DNA of 63,818 bases, filler included, from Octopus bimaculoides (taxonomy: Eukaryota), in the NCBI RefSeq assembly GCF_001194135.2. It is 5 parts of 5 records of this genome, joined end to end, with 100 filler letters (N's around TTAATTAATTAA, not from the genome) between each part and the next. Parts side by side here need not be neighbours in the genome. Positions count along the whole stretch, not along the records: positions 26,890 to 47,358 come from NC_068989.1; positions 47,459 to 57,058 come from NC_069010.1; 3 more parts are not named here. The stretch is one strand, 5' to 3'. The translations under genes and the position numbers were made by a program. Under the pieces are notes generated by a model that was not told the DNA's origin, did not search any database, and saw only the letters and a list, made by a program, of their open reading frames with translations. Every line of letters starts with the position of its first letter. Position 1 is the first letter of the stretch. Of this stretch, positions 37,462-50,128 are shown one piece after another.

Positions 37462-38205
37462 NNNNNNNNNNNNNNNNNNNNNNNNNNNNNNNNNNNNNNN
37501 NNNNNNNNNNNNNNNNNNNNNNNNNNNNNNNNNNNNNNNNNNNNNNNNNNNNNNNNNNNNNNNNNNNNNNNNNNNNNNNNNNNNNNNNNNNNNNNNNNNN
37601 NNNNNNNNNNNNNNNNNNNNNNNNNNNNNNNNNNNNNNNNNNNNNNNNNNNNNNNNNNNNNNNNNNNNNNNNNNNNNNNNNNNNNNNNNNNNNNNNNNNN
37701 NNNNNNNNNNNNNNNNNNNNNNNNNNNNNNNNNNNNNNNNNNNNNNNNNNNNNNNNNNNNNNNNNNNNNNNNNNNNNTTTTTATACAAACAACCAAAAGC
37801 CAGGAATAGGCGCAATCCAGCCTCATCCGTCCTCACACATACACATTCACATACGTGCGCACACAAACAGAAAAAATCCATCACGCGTGCGTGCGTCCGT
37901 GCGTGCGTGCGTCCGTCCGTCCGTGCGTGCGTGCGTGCGTGCTGCCTCGTTTACCCACCATCGTCTTTGAAGAGAGGGTTTTCCATTTCAGAGGCACGTT
38001 AAAACGATATAACTAAAACAGTCCCTACTACTACCCAAGCAGAAAAAAAAAAAAAGAAAATAATGACAGAAATAAAAAGAAGACAGAATCAAATAAAATC
38101 AGAAAAAAACTGTATATATTTGAAATATGGCACGTGCCTGGATGATGGGGGCGAACTTAAGATACAAAGAACCCTCTCACTCTCTGTCACTCTCTTTCCA
38201 CCAAA

Positions 38206-38246
<41 letters not shown>

Positions 38247-39354
38247 TACAAAAAAAAAACGTCTCAGAGCCCAGTAGATATAGAGGAGGCCCTATTAAAA
38301 TGTAGTTTAGTGCAGATTATTCAGAAAGAAGATGGCTGATATAAAGAGCGACGTATTTACGTTATCAAGGTGTTCAAACACAGTGTCGTGTTACTGTAGT
38401 GTACTTGTTCTTCTTGCTCATATGGGCATTGTCGTTGTTTGTGTGTACTGACTGTTGTTGTTATATGTGCTTACACTGTTATTTACCGTCTTCGGTTTTA
38501 TGCTATCGTTTTATGTTCCCATAATTTCTTCGTTGCTTTGGGGTATTTATTTAGTTATTTTATTTCATTTTTCCTTTTTTTTTTTTTTAGTTTTGTTGCC
38601 TTCTGTGCTTCTTTCTGTCTGTATGTCTGTCTTCTCTTACTGTAACATTCTTTCTTTCTTTCTAACATTCGTTATTTTTCCCCTTTACTCCACTTTCGTT
38701 CTGTTTATTGGAGGTCTTATCTTTGTTTTCATTCATTTTTTCCTTCCTTCCTTTCTTTCTTTCTTCCTTTCTTTCTTTCTTCCTTTCTTTCTTTCTTTCT
38801 TTCCGTCCAAGTTTCTCCCTCCGTTCTTTGCTTCTTTCATTCTTCTTTCTTTCCTCATCTCAGTATTTCCTTACATGCTCAACTTCAATAGTTTACAGCT
38901 GTTTCTGCTATCAGGAGCAGTGTACTCAGAGCTGAGTGCATCATATGCCTTTTATCTTTTACCTGTTTCTGTCATTAGATTGCAGCCATGCTGGGGGACT
39001 ACCATGAAGATACAATGGGCCCTCTCTCGCTCTCTCTTTCTCTGTCTCTCTGCCTCCCTCTCTTTTCCACTAAAAGAATCGACCCAGTACTTACTGTTTA
39101 AGCCCGGTACCTACTCCATCAGTTTTTTTTGTTTGTATTTTTGGTTGAACCGCTATATTTCGGGGACGTATCAAGCCATCACCGGCTGTCAAAGGATAAT
39201 GGAAGATAATCACCAGCACAGACTCAAACGCATATATATTTACATACATACATACATACATACATATATGATCATCCAACAAATCCTTGTACCTTTTCTT
39301 TCAATTATACTGACTTTCTTTCATCACCTCTCTCCCTCCTTCACTCCTCGTTTG

Positions 39355-39385
<31 letters not shown>

Positions 39386-40564
39386 GTAACTATTTAACAG
39401 TGATGGCTCTAAATATGAACATGCACATTTAACGCGCATAGATCTGCCTAAACTTATGTGAAATTGTTTCGTATGATTTATATAACTTTATACACTTCTA
39501 CATGTTTGTAAAATTCTTTTTATAAATCTTCGTGTTTATAATTTCTTACCTGGATATTACTACATCTGCTTTCNNNNNNNNNNNNNNNNNNNNNNNNNNN
39601 NNNNNNNNNNNNNNNNNNNNNNNNNNNNNNNNNNNNNNNNNNNNNNNNNNNNNNNNNNNNNNNNNNNNNNNNNNNNNNNNNNNNNNNNNNNNNNNNNNNN
39701 NNNNNNNNNNNNNNNNNNNNNNNNNNNNNNNNNNNNNNNNNNNNNNNNNNNNNNNNNNNNNNNNNNNNNNNNNNNNNNNNNNNNNNNNNNNNNNNNNNNN
39801 NNNNNNNNNNNNNNNNNNNNNNNNNNNNNNNNNNNNNNNNNNNNNNNNNNNNNNNNNNNNNNNNNNNNNNNNNNNNNNNNNNNNNNNNNNNNNNNNNNNN
39901 NNNNNNNNNNNNNNNNNNNNNNNNNNNNNNNNNNNNNNNNNNNNNNNNNNNNNNNNNNNNNNNNNNNNNNNNNNNNNNNNNNNNNNNNNNNNNNNNNNNN
40001 NNNNNNNNNNNNNNNNNNNNNNNNNNNNNNNNNNNNNNNNNNNNNNNNNNNNNNNNNNNNNNNNNNNNNNNNNNNNNNNNNNNNNNNNNNNNNNNNNNNN
40101 NNNNNNNNNNNNNNNNNNNNNNNNNNNNNNNNNNNNNNNNNNNNNNNNNNNNNNNNNNNNNNNNNNNNNNNNNNNNNNNNNNNNNNNNNNNNNNNNNNNN
40201 NNNNNNNNNNNNNNNNNNNNNNNNNNNNNNNNNNNNNNNNNNNNNNNNNNNNNNNNNNNNNNNNNNNNNNNNNNNNNNNNNNNNNNNNNNNNNNNNNNNN
40301 NNNNNNNNNNNNNCCCGGTTTGGGAATTGAAATTGCGATCCTATGACCGCGAGTCCGCTGCCCTAATCACTTGGCCATTGCACCTCCACACGGAATTTAG
40401 TACACACAATCTTACATACATTAACAAAAGATTATCTAATAAAACCGCCATTGGCCTCGATTACTGCCTTGATACGGCTTCTGAAACTGCTAAATGGGTT
40501 AATGAGATGATGTCTATTCATCCCCAATAGCAAACGTCAACGAATCGTCAGTAGTGTGTCGACT

Positions 40565-40740
40565 AATGCGGTGAGCTGGTAGAGTCGTTAGCACGCCGGG
40601 CAAAATTCTTAGCGGCATTTCGTCCGTCTTTACGTTCTTTACATTCTACCGAGGTCGACTTTGCTTTTCATCGTTTTGGGGTCGATAAAATAAGGACCAA
40701 TTGAATCCTGAGATTGATGTACTAGACTTAACCCCCACCG
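40565..40740 (+). mobile_element. SINE, family C
   Basis: gcggtgagctggtagagtcgttagcacgccgggc...gtcgactttgcttttcatc. Confidence 0.75.
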
Positions 40741-40759
40741 CCTTGAACCAAAATTTGAA

Positions 40760-41290
40760 ACCAACGTTGTGTGCATACTTCCTGGTTTCCCTACTAATGT
40801 CAGTTTAGACGCTGTAGTCAAGGAGTTTGAAGCAGAAGAGCTAGGAAGCGAAATATCATGGCTGTCATGATCATGCTTATTTTTAGCTAAGTACTTCTGG
40901 GTCGTGCAAGATGTGTGAATATGGAGCAAAGTTTTGCTAGAACACTTACGAATTCTCCCCGCGCAACTCCTGCGATCCAGAGCTTGACAAACGATCCATT
41001 GTCTCAATGTAGGCTGCCACATTGTCCCAAAGTGAGGAGGCATGACATAGCCATCATTGTTCTCGAAATTTCAAGACCATCACAAAACAATGGAACATGG
41101 TATGTGTAACAGCGGGCCCGTCAGTGGGGCTGGCGCAGAGCCACCTGGCATTCTTCCTATTCACTGTTTGATCTTACAGAACGTTCTTCTCTTCTGCAAA
41201 GAACCAGAGCACGTCGGACTGATCGAGGTGCTTGAATTTGTTCAGCAAGATCTTCGACCGGAAAACACAGTTTTCTCGGGTTTTACAAGA
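40760..41290 (-). pseudogene. maT/DD37D-like Tc1-mariner transposase remnant
   Basis: RSKILLNKFKHLDQSDVLWFFAEEKN; VNRKNARWLCASPTD; GYVMPPHF; NVAAYIET; LDYSV; several stops and frameshifts. Confidence 0.75.
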
Positions 41291-41565
41291 ATGTTTTGCT
41301 TTATTATTTTTTTTTTTTTGTTAGCCACGAAAGCACATTCCCATTAGTGTGTATGTGTGTGGGGATCTTTTCTGATCGTAAACACAAAGGACTTGGCAAC
41401 CCTTAAGAAAATTAGACGCTGTACATGCATACACTAGCACAAGACTATTGCATTGACCATTATCTAAATTCCAACGACTGTATCTTCTTTCCAAGCTACT
41501 TCACCATTGAAGATAAATCTGAAAAGTAAACTAGAAAAACATGCATACATATAAAATTCATTAAA

Positions 41566-42412
41566 ATGTCAGATCTATCGGACTTTCAATGAGGTTGAAC
41601 TGTTGGTGCTCGTACGGCTCGTACGGCAGGCGCTAGCGTAACGAAATCAACCGAAATATTTGGTGCATCAAGAAGTACTGTCTCGTAAGTAATGACAGCC
41701 TTGGAGAAAAACCTCCTCGGCGAGACAAAACTCCGGAAGAAAACCAAAACTTTCAGATAGCGACCGTCAGACTCTTATGCGAATTGTTAGAAAGGATCAC
41801 AAAAGAACAGCTCTCAAAATTACTGCAGAACTTAATGACCGCCTCGAGAACTCAGTTTCCACAAAAACTGTTCCCCAGGAACTGCACAAAGCCTCATTTC
41901 ACGGGAAGGCTGCAATCAGAAAACCACTACTTTCAAAAACAAACATTGCAAAGCGTTTAGTTTGTAGTAAAAACCTACAGAATTGGTCCCTAGAGCAGTG
42001 GAAGAATGTTATTTTCTCGGACGAGTCATCCTTTACCTTATTTCCGACAGTCGGCCGAGTATACGCGTAGAGACAGCCAAAAGATGTATTTGACTCAGAC
42101 TGCCTTCTTCCAACTGTTAAGCATGGAGGAGGATCTGTGATGATCTGGGGACTATATCTTGGAAATCCGCCGGCCCAATGGTTTCCCTTCATAGTAGAAT
42201 TAATAGTCAAGACTATTTAAGCATTTTATCTGATCAAATTCATCCTATGGTTACGGAACTGTTTCCAGATGGAAACACAATTTTTCAGGATGATAATGCA
42301 CCAATTCACACAGCTAAATTTGTTACTGAATGGCACGAGGAACATTCTAGTGAAGTTGAACATCTTATCTGGCCACCACAGTCCCCAAATCTCAATATTA
42401 TTGAAGATTTAT
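41566..42412 (+). pseudogene. Tc1-family transposase (DD36E spacing), disrupted, truncated by an N gap
   Basis: MSDLSDFQ HTH start; KPLLSKTNIAKRL; WKNVIFSDES; TVKHGGGSVMIWG; FQDDNAPIH; WPPQSPNLNIIE. Contains internal stops and frameshifts. Confidence 0.9.
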
Positions 42413-42694
42413 NNNNNNNNNNNNNNNNNNNNNNNNNNNNNNNNNNNNNNNNNNNNNNNNNNNNNNNNNNNNNNNNNNNNNNNNNNNNNNNNNNNNNNNN
42501 NNNNNNNNNNNNNNNNNNNNNNNNNNNNNNNNNNNNNNNNNNNNNNNNNNNNNNNNNNNNNNNNNNNNNNNNNNNNNNNNNNNNNNNNNNNNNNNNNNNN
42601 NNNNNNNNNNNNNNNNNNNNNNNNNNNNNNNNNNNNNNNNNNNNNNNNNNNNNNNNNNNNNNNNNNNNNNNNNNNNNNNNNNNNNNNNNNNNNN

Positions 42695-42730
<36 letters not shown>

Positions 42731-43981
42731 GTGTACATGATATCGACTGATGATTTTACAAACATTTGTATATATAGGCATATACACTATATGTATGAAT
42801 ACATACATATGTGCGCGCGAGCGTATTGTGTTTCTATATGTATTGACAGTGAAAGAGAGAGAGAGAGAGGACATATATATATACGTACGTGATATTGACC
42901 GGTGGTTTTACAAACATACAGATGTTTATATACATATACACAAATAAAATACGTATTTATGTATGCGATGTTTCCTCCCTTTTCTTTACGTTTCAAGTAC
43001 CTATCTCTGTATATTTCTATTTCTTTGACATTTTCGTTCTGCTTTCCAACCCTCACACCTCCCCCTTTTTTTTTACCTCACTCTGTCTCTGTTATATAAA
43101 CTCCTCTGTCTTTCATCTATGTCTCTTATTCCCTCTCTCCCTCTTACTGTTTCTTTCCAACTTTCCAAATTCTTCCTCAAATTGCTTTGAACTCTTGTTT
43201 CTTCTCCACCATGTTTGCCTTCTTCTTCTCCTCGCCTTTCTCTTTTTCCTTCTTCTCTCGATGTTGTTGTTGTTGTTGTTCTTCTTCTTCTTGTTCTTCT
43301 TCTTCTTTTTCTTCTTCTTCTTCTTCTTCTTCTTCCCAATGTCCTACTTCAAACTACGATATTCATCTTACTCATCTCCTTCGATTTCCTTCCCCTTCTC
43401 TTCCTTCCTTCCTTTCTTTCTTCCCTTTTTCTTCCTTCCTTCCTTCCCTTTTTTCTTCCTTCCTTCCTTCCTTCCTTGCTCCTTCCTTATTTTTTTGTCT
43501 TTCTTTTGTCCTTTTGTTTCTCTCTAGATTTACATCTCATTTACATAACATAAGAAAGCATCAATTCAAACATATATCTCTCAAGACCTCCATCTTAAAT
43601 TCTATCTTTTATTTGACTTATTTTCTTATATTTTCGTTATTTATTCTTTCAGACAAGCCAGAGGCGCTCGGAAAGTACAAAACCCTCAAAAACGAAAAAA
43701 GGAATATGTAAGTATTGATTTATTGGCATTTGCTATTACAATAAATGCTCTCTCATGTTTTTTTTTCTCTTCCTTTTATCTTGTTCTTTTTCTATTCTAA
43801 ACCCACCTACCTAACATATATATAAATATATATGGTATAGAACTTTTGTATAGAAATTTCAGATTTCTTGTTAGCGTATCGGTCATAGTTACAAGTATTT
43901 TATTTCCTCTCTTGGAAAATGTCTATATTATATTATACGAGATATATGCTTGTGTACATATGTGGAAATAAATATGATGTA

Positions 43982-44016
<35 letters not shown>

Positions 44017-44519
44017 TCTTTTCGTACTTAAACATAACTCAGTGGCATTATGAAATGTATAAAGAACACTTATAAAGCGTTATAGTACGAAGGGTTGAAC
44101 AGAATACATTAGATATAATGTAAATATAGTACAACAGTTGCCGCTTCAGATATTCAGTATAATAAAAGTTTGTAGACTAAATGTATACGCTTTCGACGGA
44201 GGTGGAAGATCAGCACCCATTATCCTTTGCATGGACTTCCGGAACAAACTATGTCTTATACATTATTACTATGTACTGCTTGAAGATTTTGAGTTGTCCG
44301 CACCCTGGAAACCTGGTCCGTATATTTTCCAATTGACTGGACGCTGCAAAAGGTCTAAAGTTAATCCAGTTAGCTAGTGCTGGCGTTAAACCAGCCGATA
44401 TGCTAAATCTATGTAGTTTCGTCAATAGAATACGGAACCTGACGATCATAGATATAGTCCTTGCTCTATTCAGTGCCTGATTACCCTACATATCTAAATA
44501 ATAATTATTATTATAATTA

Positions 44520-45450
44520 TCATGATGGTTTCAAATTTTGCCACAATGGCAGCCATTTTGTGCGGAGGGGATATGTCGATTACATCGACTCCAGTTTTCC
44601 CTGGTACTTAATTTATCGACCCCGAAAGGATGATACGCAAAGTAGACCTTGGTGGAATTTGAACTCAGAACGAACTCAGAAGCATTTCGTCCAGCGTGCT
44701 GACGATTCTGCCAGCTTGCCGCCTTGATGATGATGATGATGATGATAATAATAGTGGTTTCAAATTTTGACAGAGTCAGCAAATTTAGGAAAGGGCTAGG
44801 TCTAGTAAGTCGACTCCAGTGTTCAACTGGTACTTATTTTATAGATTCCGACGGAATTTGAACTCAGACTGTAAAGACGGATGAAATGCTAAGCATTTAT
44901 CCCGGCGTGCTAACGATTTTGCCACCTCACCCATTATCCTTTCTTCTAAAGGCTCAAGACCTGATTTTTTTTCGTGGAGACTACTCGGTTACTTGGAATC
45001 CCGTGTCTCACTGGTATTCAATTTATCGAAACCGAAAGGATGAAAGGCGAAGTTGAACTCGGCAGAATTTGTCGAAATGCTATTAAACATTTCGCCCGGC
45101 GTGCTAACGATTCTGCCAGCTCGCCGCTTTGATGATGACGATGATATTTTGTACTACAGACACAATCCCTGAAATTTCTGGTGTGGTGGAAGCTACTCGA
45201 TTACATCAACTTCAATGAGCAACTAGTAGTTATTACATCGAAATGCTACTAAGAATTTTGCATGCTGGGTAAAATTCTTGGTGGCATTTCGTCCATCTTT
45301 ACGTTCTGGGTTCAAATTCCGTCTAGGTCAACTTTGTAGTTAATTCATCCTTTCCAGATGGATGAATCAAATACGAGTGAAACACTGGGAAGATGTAATC
45401 GACTAACCTCCTCCCCCAAATTTCAGGCCTTGTGCCTATAGTAGAAAGTA

Positions 45451-45452
<2 letters not shown>
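44520..45452. mobile_element. Cluster of five family C SINEs (four on -, one on +)
   Basis: Minus copies at ~44520-44725, 44750-44930, 44933-45130 and 45145-45262; a plus copy at ~45262-45452 ends in (ATT)n. Confidence 0.75.
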
Positions 45453-45494
<42 letters not shown>

Positions 45495-45497
<3 letters not shown>

Positions 45498-45889
45498 TAG
45501 TTTTATTTTTATAACGTGCTTTCACTTCACTACCGAGCGCAGCTCTGTGCACCTTGGGTATGTGCTGTGGTGCTCTTATGGTTACTGTATTGAAAGTGTT
45601 TTGCGTAGGATGAGTGCAGTGCCCAGTAGTGCAATTTTCTGTATGTTATATATATTTGTAAGCTCTGGTGTTTTTGTTATGAATTCGTCTGAATATTTTT
45701 TCATTATACTTAAGGCGCCTACTATGACAGGAATTGTTTCTGTTTTTAAACTCCACATTTGAGTTACCTCTATTTCTAGGTCTTTGTATTTTGAAAGTTT
45801 CTCCATTTTTTTAAGGGAAACGTTGTCATCTGCTGGTATTAATACATCAATTAGAAAGCATTTTTTTCCTTCATGATCTTTGACAACTA

Positions 45890-45890
<1 letters not shown>
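45495..45890 (-). mobile_element. 5'-truncated R4/Dong-like LINE (restriction-like endonuclease C-terminus + 3' UTR) inside (AAT)n
   Basis: VVKDHEGKKCFLIDVLIPADDNVSLKKMEKLSKYKDLEIEVTQMWSLKTETIPVIVGAL...GTALILRKTLSIQ*; (AAT)n on both flanks. Confidence 0.85.
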
Positions 45891-45928
<38 letters not shown>

Positions 45929-47036
45929 CGTTATCGTTATACCTTAAATTTCGTGATGTCCTATACAATCATGTATAAATCATTTCATGTTGCTGCTACT
46001 CCTGCTATTTGATCGTACGTCCTTATCCAGCAGATTCCTGATCAGCGGCATTTCAGTGGTACCTATCCGATCAATTTTTTTTTCCAATTATCTAGGACTA
46101 CAATGATCACTGTGGTCTTTTGTTAAGGCGGTATGAAAGAAGTGGGGTTTGACTATTATTTCTTGCAAATTGAATGATGGCGAAGAAGATTGCTCAATTG
46201 TTGGTTCATAAATCGTTTCTTAATTCTGATAAGTATTTGGAATCGAGTCGTGCGGGTAATTTCCACAAAAATTATGAAACAATGACTTTATTCATTTATT
46301 TCTAAGCAGAGACACAAGTACTTTTAAAAAAGGCTTGTTGTGAGGTAGAGTTACAATTCCGCTAACGAATTTCTGAGTCTGTTAGTAGATCTACGGATCT
46401 ATTGTAATAGATTTAATCTGTCACCCAGTTTTACACCTGCATTTCGTTTAACCCAAGGTTACCATTAGCAGAATTCTCTTTGTAACAAGTTGTCCGGCTA
46501 GACCTCCTTTCGGAAAAAAAAAATCTTTCATTTTTCTACCTTCATCTACACGTCCCGGAGACACTGATAAGGATCATGATTAAATGCAGTCCTTCTTCCT
46601 TTAATTAAACAAGTAAAACGTGTAAAATACAATGTTAGAAATACTTATCATGTAAGATGCAGTTCGTTTATAATTCGGTGTAAAATTACTCACTCTGTGT
46701 ATTTCACTTATGTATTTTTTATTTTGACAATATCAAGTGCAGAAATGTTCACTTAGCGTGTCTGTGTACTAGTGATACAAATGATAATTGTATGACAAAT
46801 TCGACGGCTCATTTTTCTATTTAACTCTTGAATCAAGTTGTGAAACAGCTTATTTAAAATATCACAAAGGCGTGAGATATTTGTTTTTCGAAATAATTAT
46901 AATAATTTACAATACAGAATTTACCTATAAGGAAGGATTCACTGAAATTCACAGAAAATATTGATCTCTGTCAGCTCAATAACTGCATTATTACTAGCGG
47001 ATTGTTAACTGTGTTTACGTAATTTTACAGTATTTA

Positions 47037-47350
47037 TCTATATATATAAAAATGAGAATGTCTGTCTGTCTGTCTGTGTGAATCCCTAAAACTCGAGAAC
47101 TACGCAACCAATTTCATTCAAATTTTACAGATGCCTTACTTAGGGTTCCAGTTGTGTTTTAGTCAAAAAATATTTTAACTTCTTGCAGAGTTCGAGCCCA
47201 CGGCAACATAATATCTCCTCCACTATTTAAGTATTACGTGTCAAAAGTGAAACAAAAACACTCATGTCAAATACTTTCACTTTAAAAATGAAACTATTCC
47301 ACTAACTTAAACAATCACATTTTGATACTGTAATGACAGATACTTTCAGA
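47037..47350 (+). mobile_element. Non-autonomous Helitron-like element, 5' part
   Basis: A|TC start, tctatatatataaaaatgag, followed by a (GTCT)n run typical of HINE/DINE-1-like elements; the 3' end is lost at the scaffold join. Confidence 0.55.
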
Positions 47351-47358
47351 GAGAGAGA

Positions 47359-47458
47359 NNNNNNNNNNNNNNNNNNNNNNNNNNNNNNNNNNNNNNNNNN
47401 NNTTAATTAATTAANNNNNNNNNNNNNNNNNNNNNNNNNNNNNNNNNNNNNNNNNNNN
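47359..47458. other. Synthetic scaffold join, N44-TTAATTAATTAA-N44
   Basis: 12-mer at 47403-47414. Confidence 0.95.
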
Positions 47459-47575
47459 CATAAAGCGGTTAATCAAGTATAGGGGACGCTGCAATCGGCA
47501 ATACACTCCATCACCGCAACTAACAGTCCACCCCGCGCCCCACCCACACCCCCAGCGCATGATGTAGATCTCAGG

Positions 47576-47577
<2 letters not shown>

Positions 47578-47645
<68 letters not shown>
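47578..47645. repeat. (ATC)n microsatellite
   Basis: Direct inspection. Confidence 0.95.
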
Positions 47646-47761
47646 TTGTGTTATCGTTGTTGCTTTTGTTGTTCTTGTTCTTGTTGCTAATCACTTCATT
47701 GTTGGTATTGGCATACGGATATCGGTTTTCCGATAAATAGATTTCAACCAGTATTACGCGC

Positions 47762-47797
<36 letters not shown>

Positions 47798-48050
47798 GCG
47801 TGTGTATGTGTATGTATGCATGTTCGTGTGTGTATGTGTATATATGCATGCATGCATGTGTGTGTGTGTGGATGGATGGATGGATGGATGGATGGATGGA
47901 TGGATAAATGGATGTGTGTATATATGTATGTATCTATGGATAGATAGATGGCTGGGTGTGTGTATGTATATATCTATGCTTAAAAGTATGTATGTGTGTA
48001 TGTATATATGTGCGTATGTGTGTATGTATCTACATATTGTGAACACTAGT

Positions 48051-48434
48051 GGAGGCGCAATGGCCCAGTGGTTAGGGCAGCGGACACGTGGTCGTAGGAT
48101 CGCGGTTTCGATTCCCAGACCGGGCATTGTAAGTGTTTATTGAGCGAAAACACCTAAAGTTCCACGAGGCTCCAGCAGGGGTTGGTGTGCGAACCCTGCT
48201 CTACTCTTTCACCACAACTTTCTCTCACTCTTTCTTCCTGTTTCTATTGTACCAGTATTTCAAAAAGGGACCAGCCTTGTCACACTCTGTGTCACGCTGA
48301 ATCTCCCCGAGAACTACGTTAAGGGCACACGTGTCTGTGGAGTGCTCAGCCACTTGCACGTTAATTTCACGAGCAGGCTGTTTCGTTGATCGGATCAGCT
48401 GGAACCCTCGTCGTCGAAACCGACGGAGTGCCAA
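48051..48434 (+). mobile_element. tRNA-derived SINE, family A, full length
   Basis: A box tggcccagtgg, B box ggtttcgattcc; ends ggagtgccaac. Confidence 0.85.
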
Positions 48435-48889
48435 CTATATGTGTGCGTGTGTATGTATGTATGTATGTGGAGACGGACTCTGTTGTTGTCACATCTCTCT
48501 AGGAGAGAAACTCCGAGAGAAAACCTGCATCACTGACAATATTCGTTGATATAGACTAGTTCTTCTTTTCGAATTTATGCTGTCCATGTTCAGACAGCGG
48601 GATTGGATTTGTGAAAATCCTTCCCCACTATAAAAAAAATCATCACGCACAAACATCGCTTGATAAAGATCTAAGACCTATCACAAAAAATGGCTGGTCG
48701 TAACCTTCGCATGTGTGGGACTTCCGATCTGGCGATGGCAATACTCGAACTCGAGTTTACAGCCGTCATGCATGTATGTATAATTATATGTATGAAGCCT
48801 AATCATGTCTATATACCCGTCTATCTCTAAGTACATCCTCTTGTATATATGTCTGCTTCTCTTTTCCCCAGCTCGAAACACATCTGGAG

Positions 48890-49266
48890 TTATACTCTTT
48901 TACTTGTTTCAGTCATTTGACTGCGGCCATGCTGGAGCACCGCCTTTAGTCGAGCAAATCGACCCCAGGACTTATTCTTTGGAAGCCTAGTACTTATTCT
49001 ATCGGTCACTCTTTCGCCGAACCGCTAAGTTACGAGGACGTTAACACACCACCATCGGTTGTCAAGCGATGTTGGGAGGAGGGACACAGACACACATACA
49101 TACATATATATATATACATATATACGACGGGCTTCTTTCAGTTTCCGTCTACCAAATCCACTCACAAGGCTTTGGTTGGCCCGAGGCTATAGTAGAAGGC
49201 ACTTGCCCAAGGTGCCACGCAGTGGGACTGAGCCCGGAACCATGTGGTTGGTAAGCAAGCTACTTA
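48890..49266 (-). mobile_element. SINE, family B, near full length and CpG-rich
   Basis: Reverse complement of the family B consensus. Similar copies at 51140-51536(-) and 57640-57810(+). Confidence 0.85.
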
Positions 49267-49455
49267 CAATAGCAAATCTGGCCGATATTCCATATTGAGA
49301 AAGAAAGAAACAAACAAACAAAGGAATCAAATGCATCCGGCTGTCTGATTTTTGCCAGTTCCGTAGTTGTTGATGGCGGCGGTGGCATTGGTGGTGGTGG
49401 TGGTGGTGCTGTTGTTGCTTGCATCCATCAGACAGATTGTCAAAATTCTAAGCCT

Positions 49456-50128
49456 GGATCAGGACTGACCCGGGGCTAAACAACAACGAGGAACGGACAC
49501 ATTAGATAATGTAGTCCTAGATACACTATGCCTGAATGAAAGATTTGATGGTCACAGCTGGGACACATTTGATCATAGGTCTACTGGATCAGGATTGACC
49601 TGGGGTTAAATAACAACCACAAGGAAGGACACATTAGATAATGTAGTCCTAGATACACTATGTCTGAATAAAAGACAGGATGGTCACAGCTGGAATAGCA
49701 CTGATCATAGGTCTGCTGAATCAGAACTGACCTGGGGCGAAACAACAAGAAGGAAGAACACATTGGATAATGTAGTCCTAGATACACTATGCCTGAATGA
49801 AAGACAGGATGGTCACAGCTGGAACATCTTTGATCATAGGTCTACTGGATCAGGACTGACCTGGGGTGGAATAAGAACAACAAAAAAAGACACATTAGTT
49901 GATGTAGTCCAAGATACACGATGTCTGAATAAAAGACAGGATGGTCACAGTTGGAACATTTTTGATCATAGGTCTACTGGACCAGGACTGACCTGGGGCT
50001 AAACAAGGAAGGACACATTAGATAATGTAGTCCTAGATACACTATGTCTATATCAAAGACAGGATGATCATAACGGGAACATCTTTGCCCATAGGTCTGC
50101 CGGATCAGGACTGACCTGGGGCTAAACA
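49456..50128. repeat. ~130-bp tandem repeat, ~5.2 copies
   Basis: ggatcaggactgac anchor at 49456, 49586, 49718, 49847, 49979 and 50102. Confidence 0.9.

Noticed and set aside
38455-39432. 325-aa plus-strand ORF rich in F/L/S, superficially membrane-like
   Set aside because: Built from CT/T-rich low-complexity DNA plus a reversed SINE B; such DNA lacks stop codons by composition.
40951-41060. Apparent minus-strand exon ending at gtaagt (40945-40950)
   Set aside because: Part of the maT transposase pseudogene.
42889-43711. 212-aa and 174-aa ORFs
   Set aside because: (CTT)n, (TTG)n and (CCTT)n low-complexity tract.
44520-45927. Idea that family C SINEs are mobilised by the (AAT)n-targeting Dong-like LINE
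   Set aside because: On their own sense strands the SINE tail is (ATT)n and the LINE tail is (AAT)n, i.e. opposite orientation to the target, and I see no shared 3' end.
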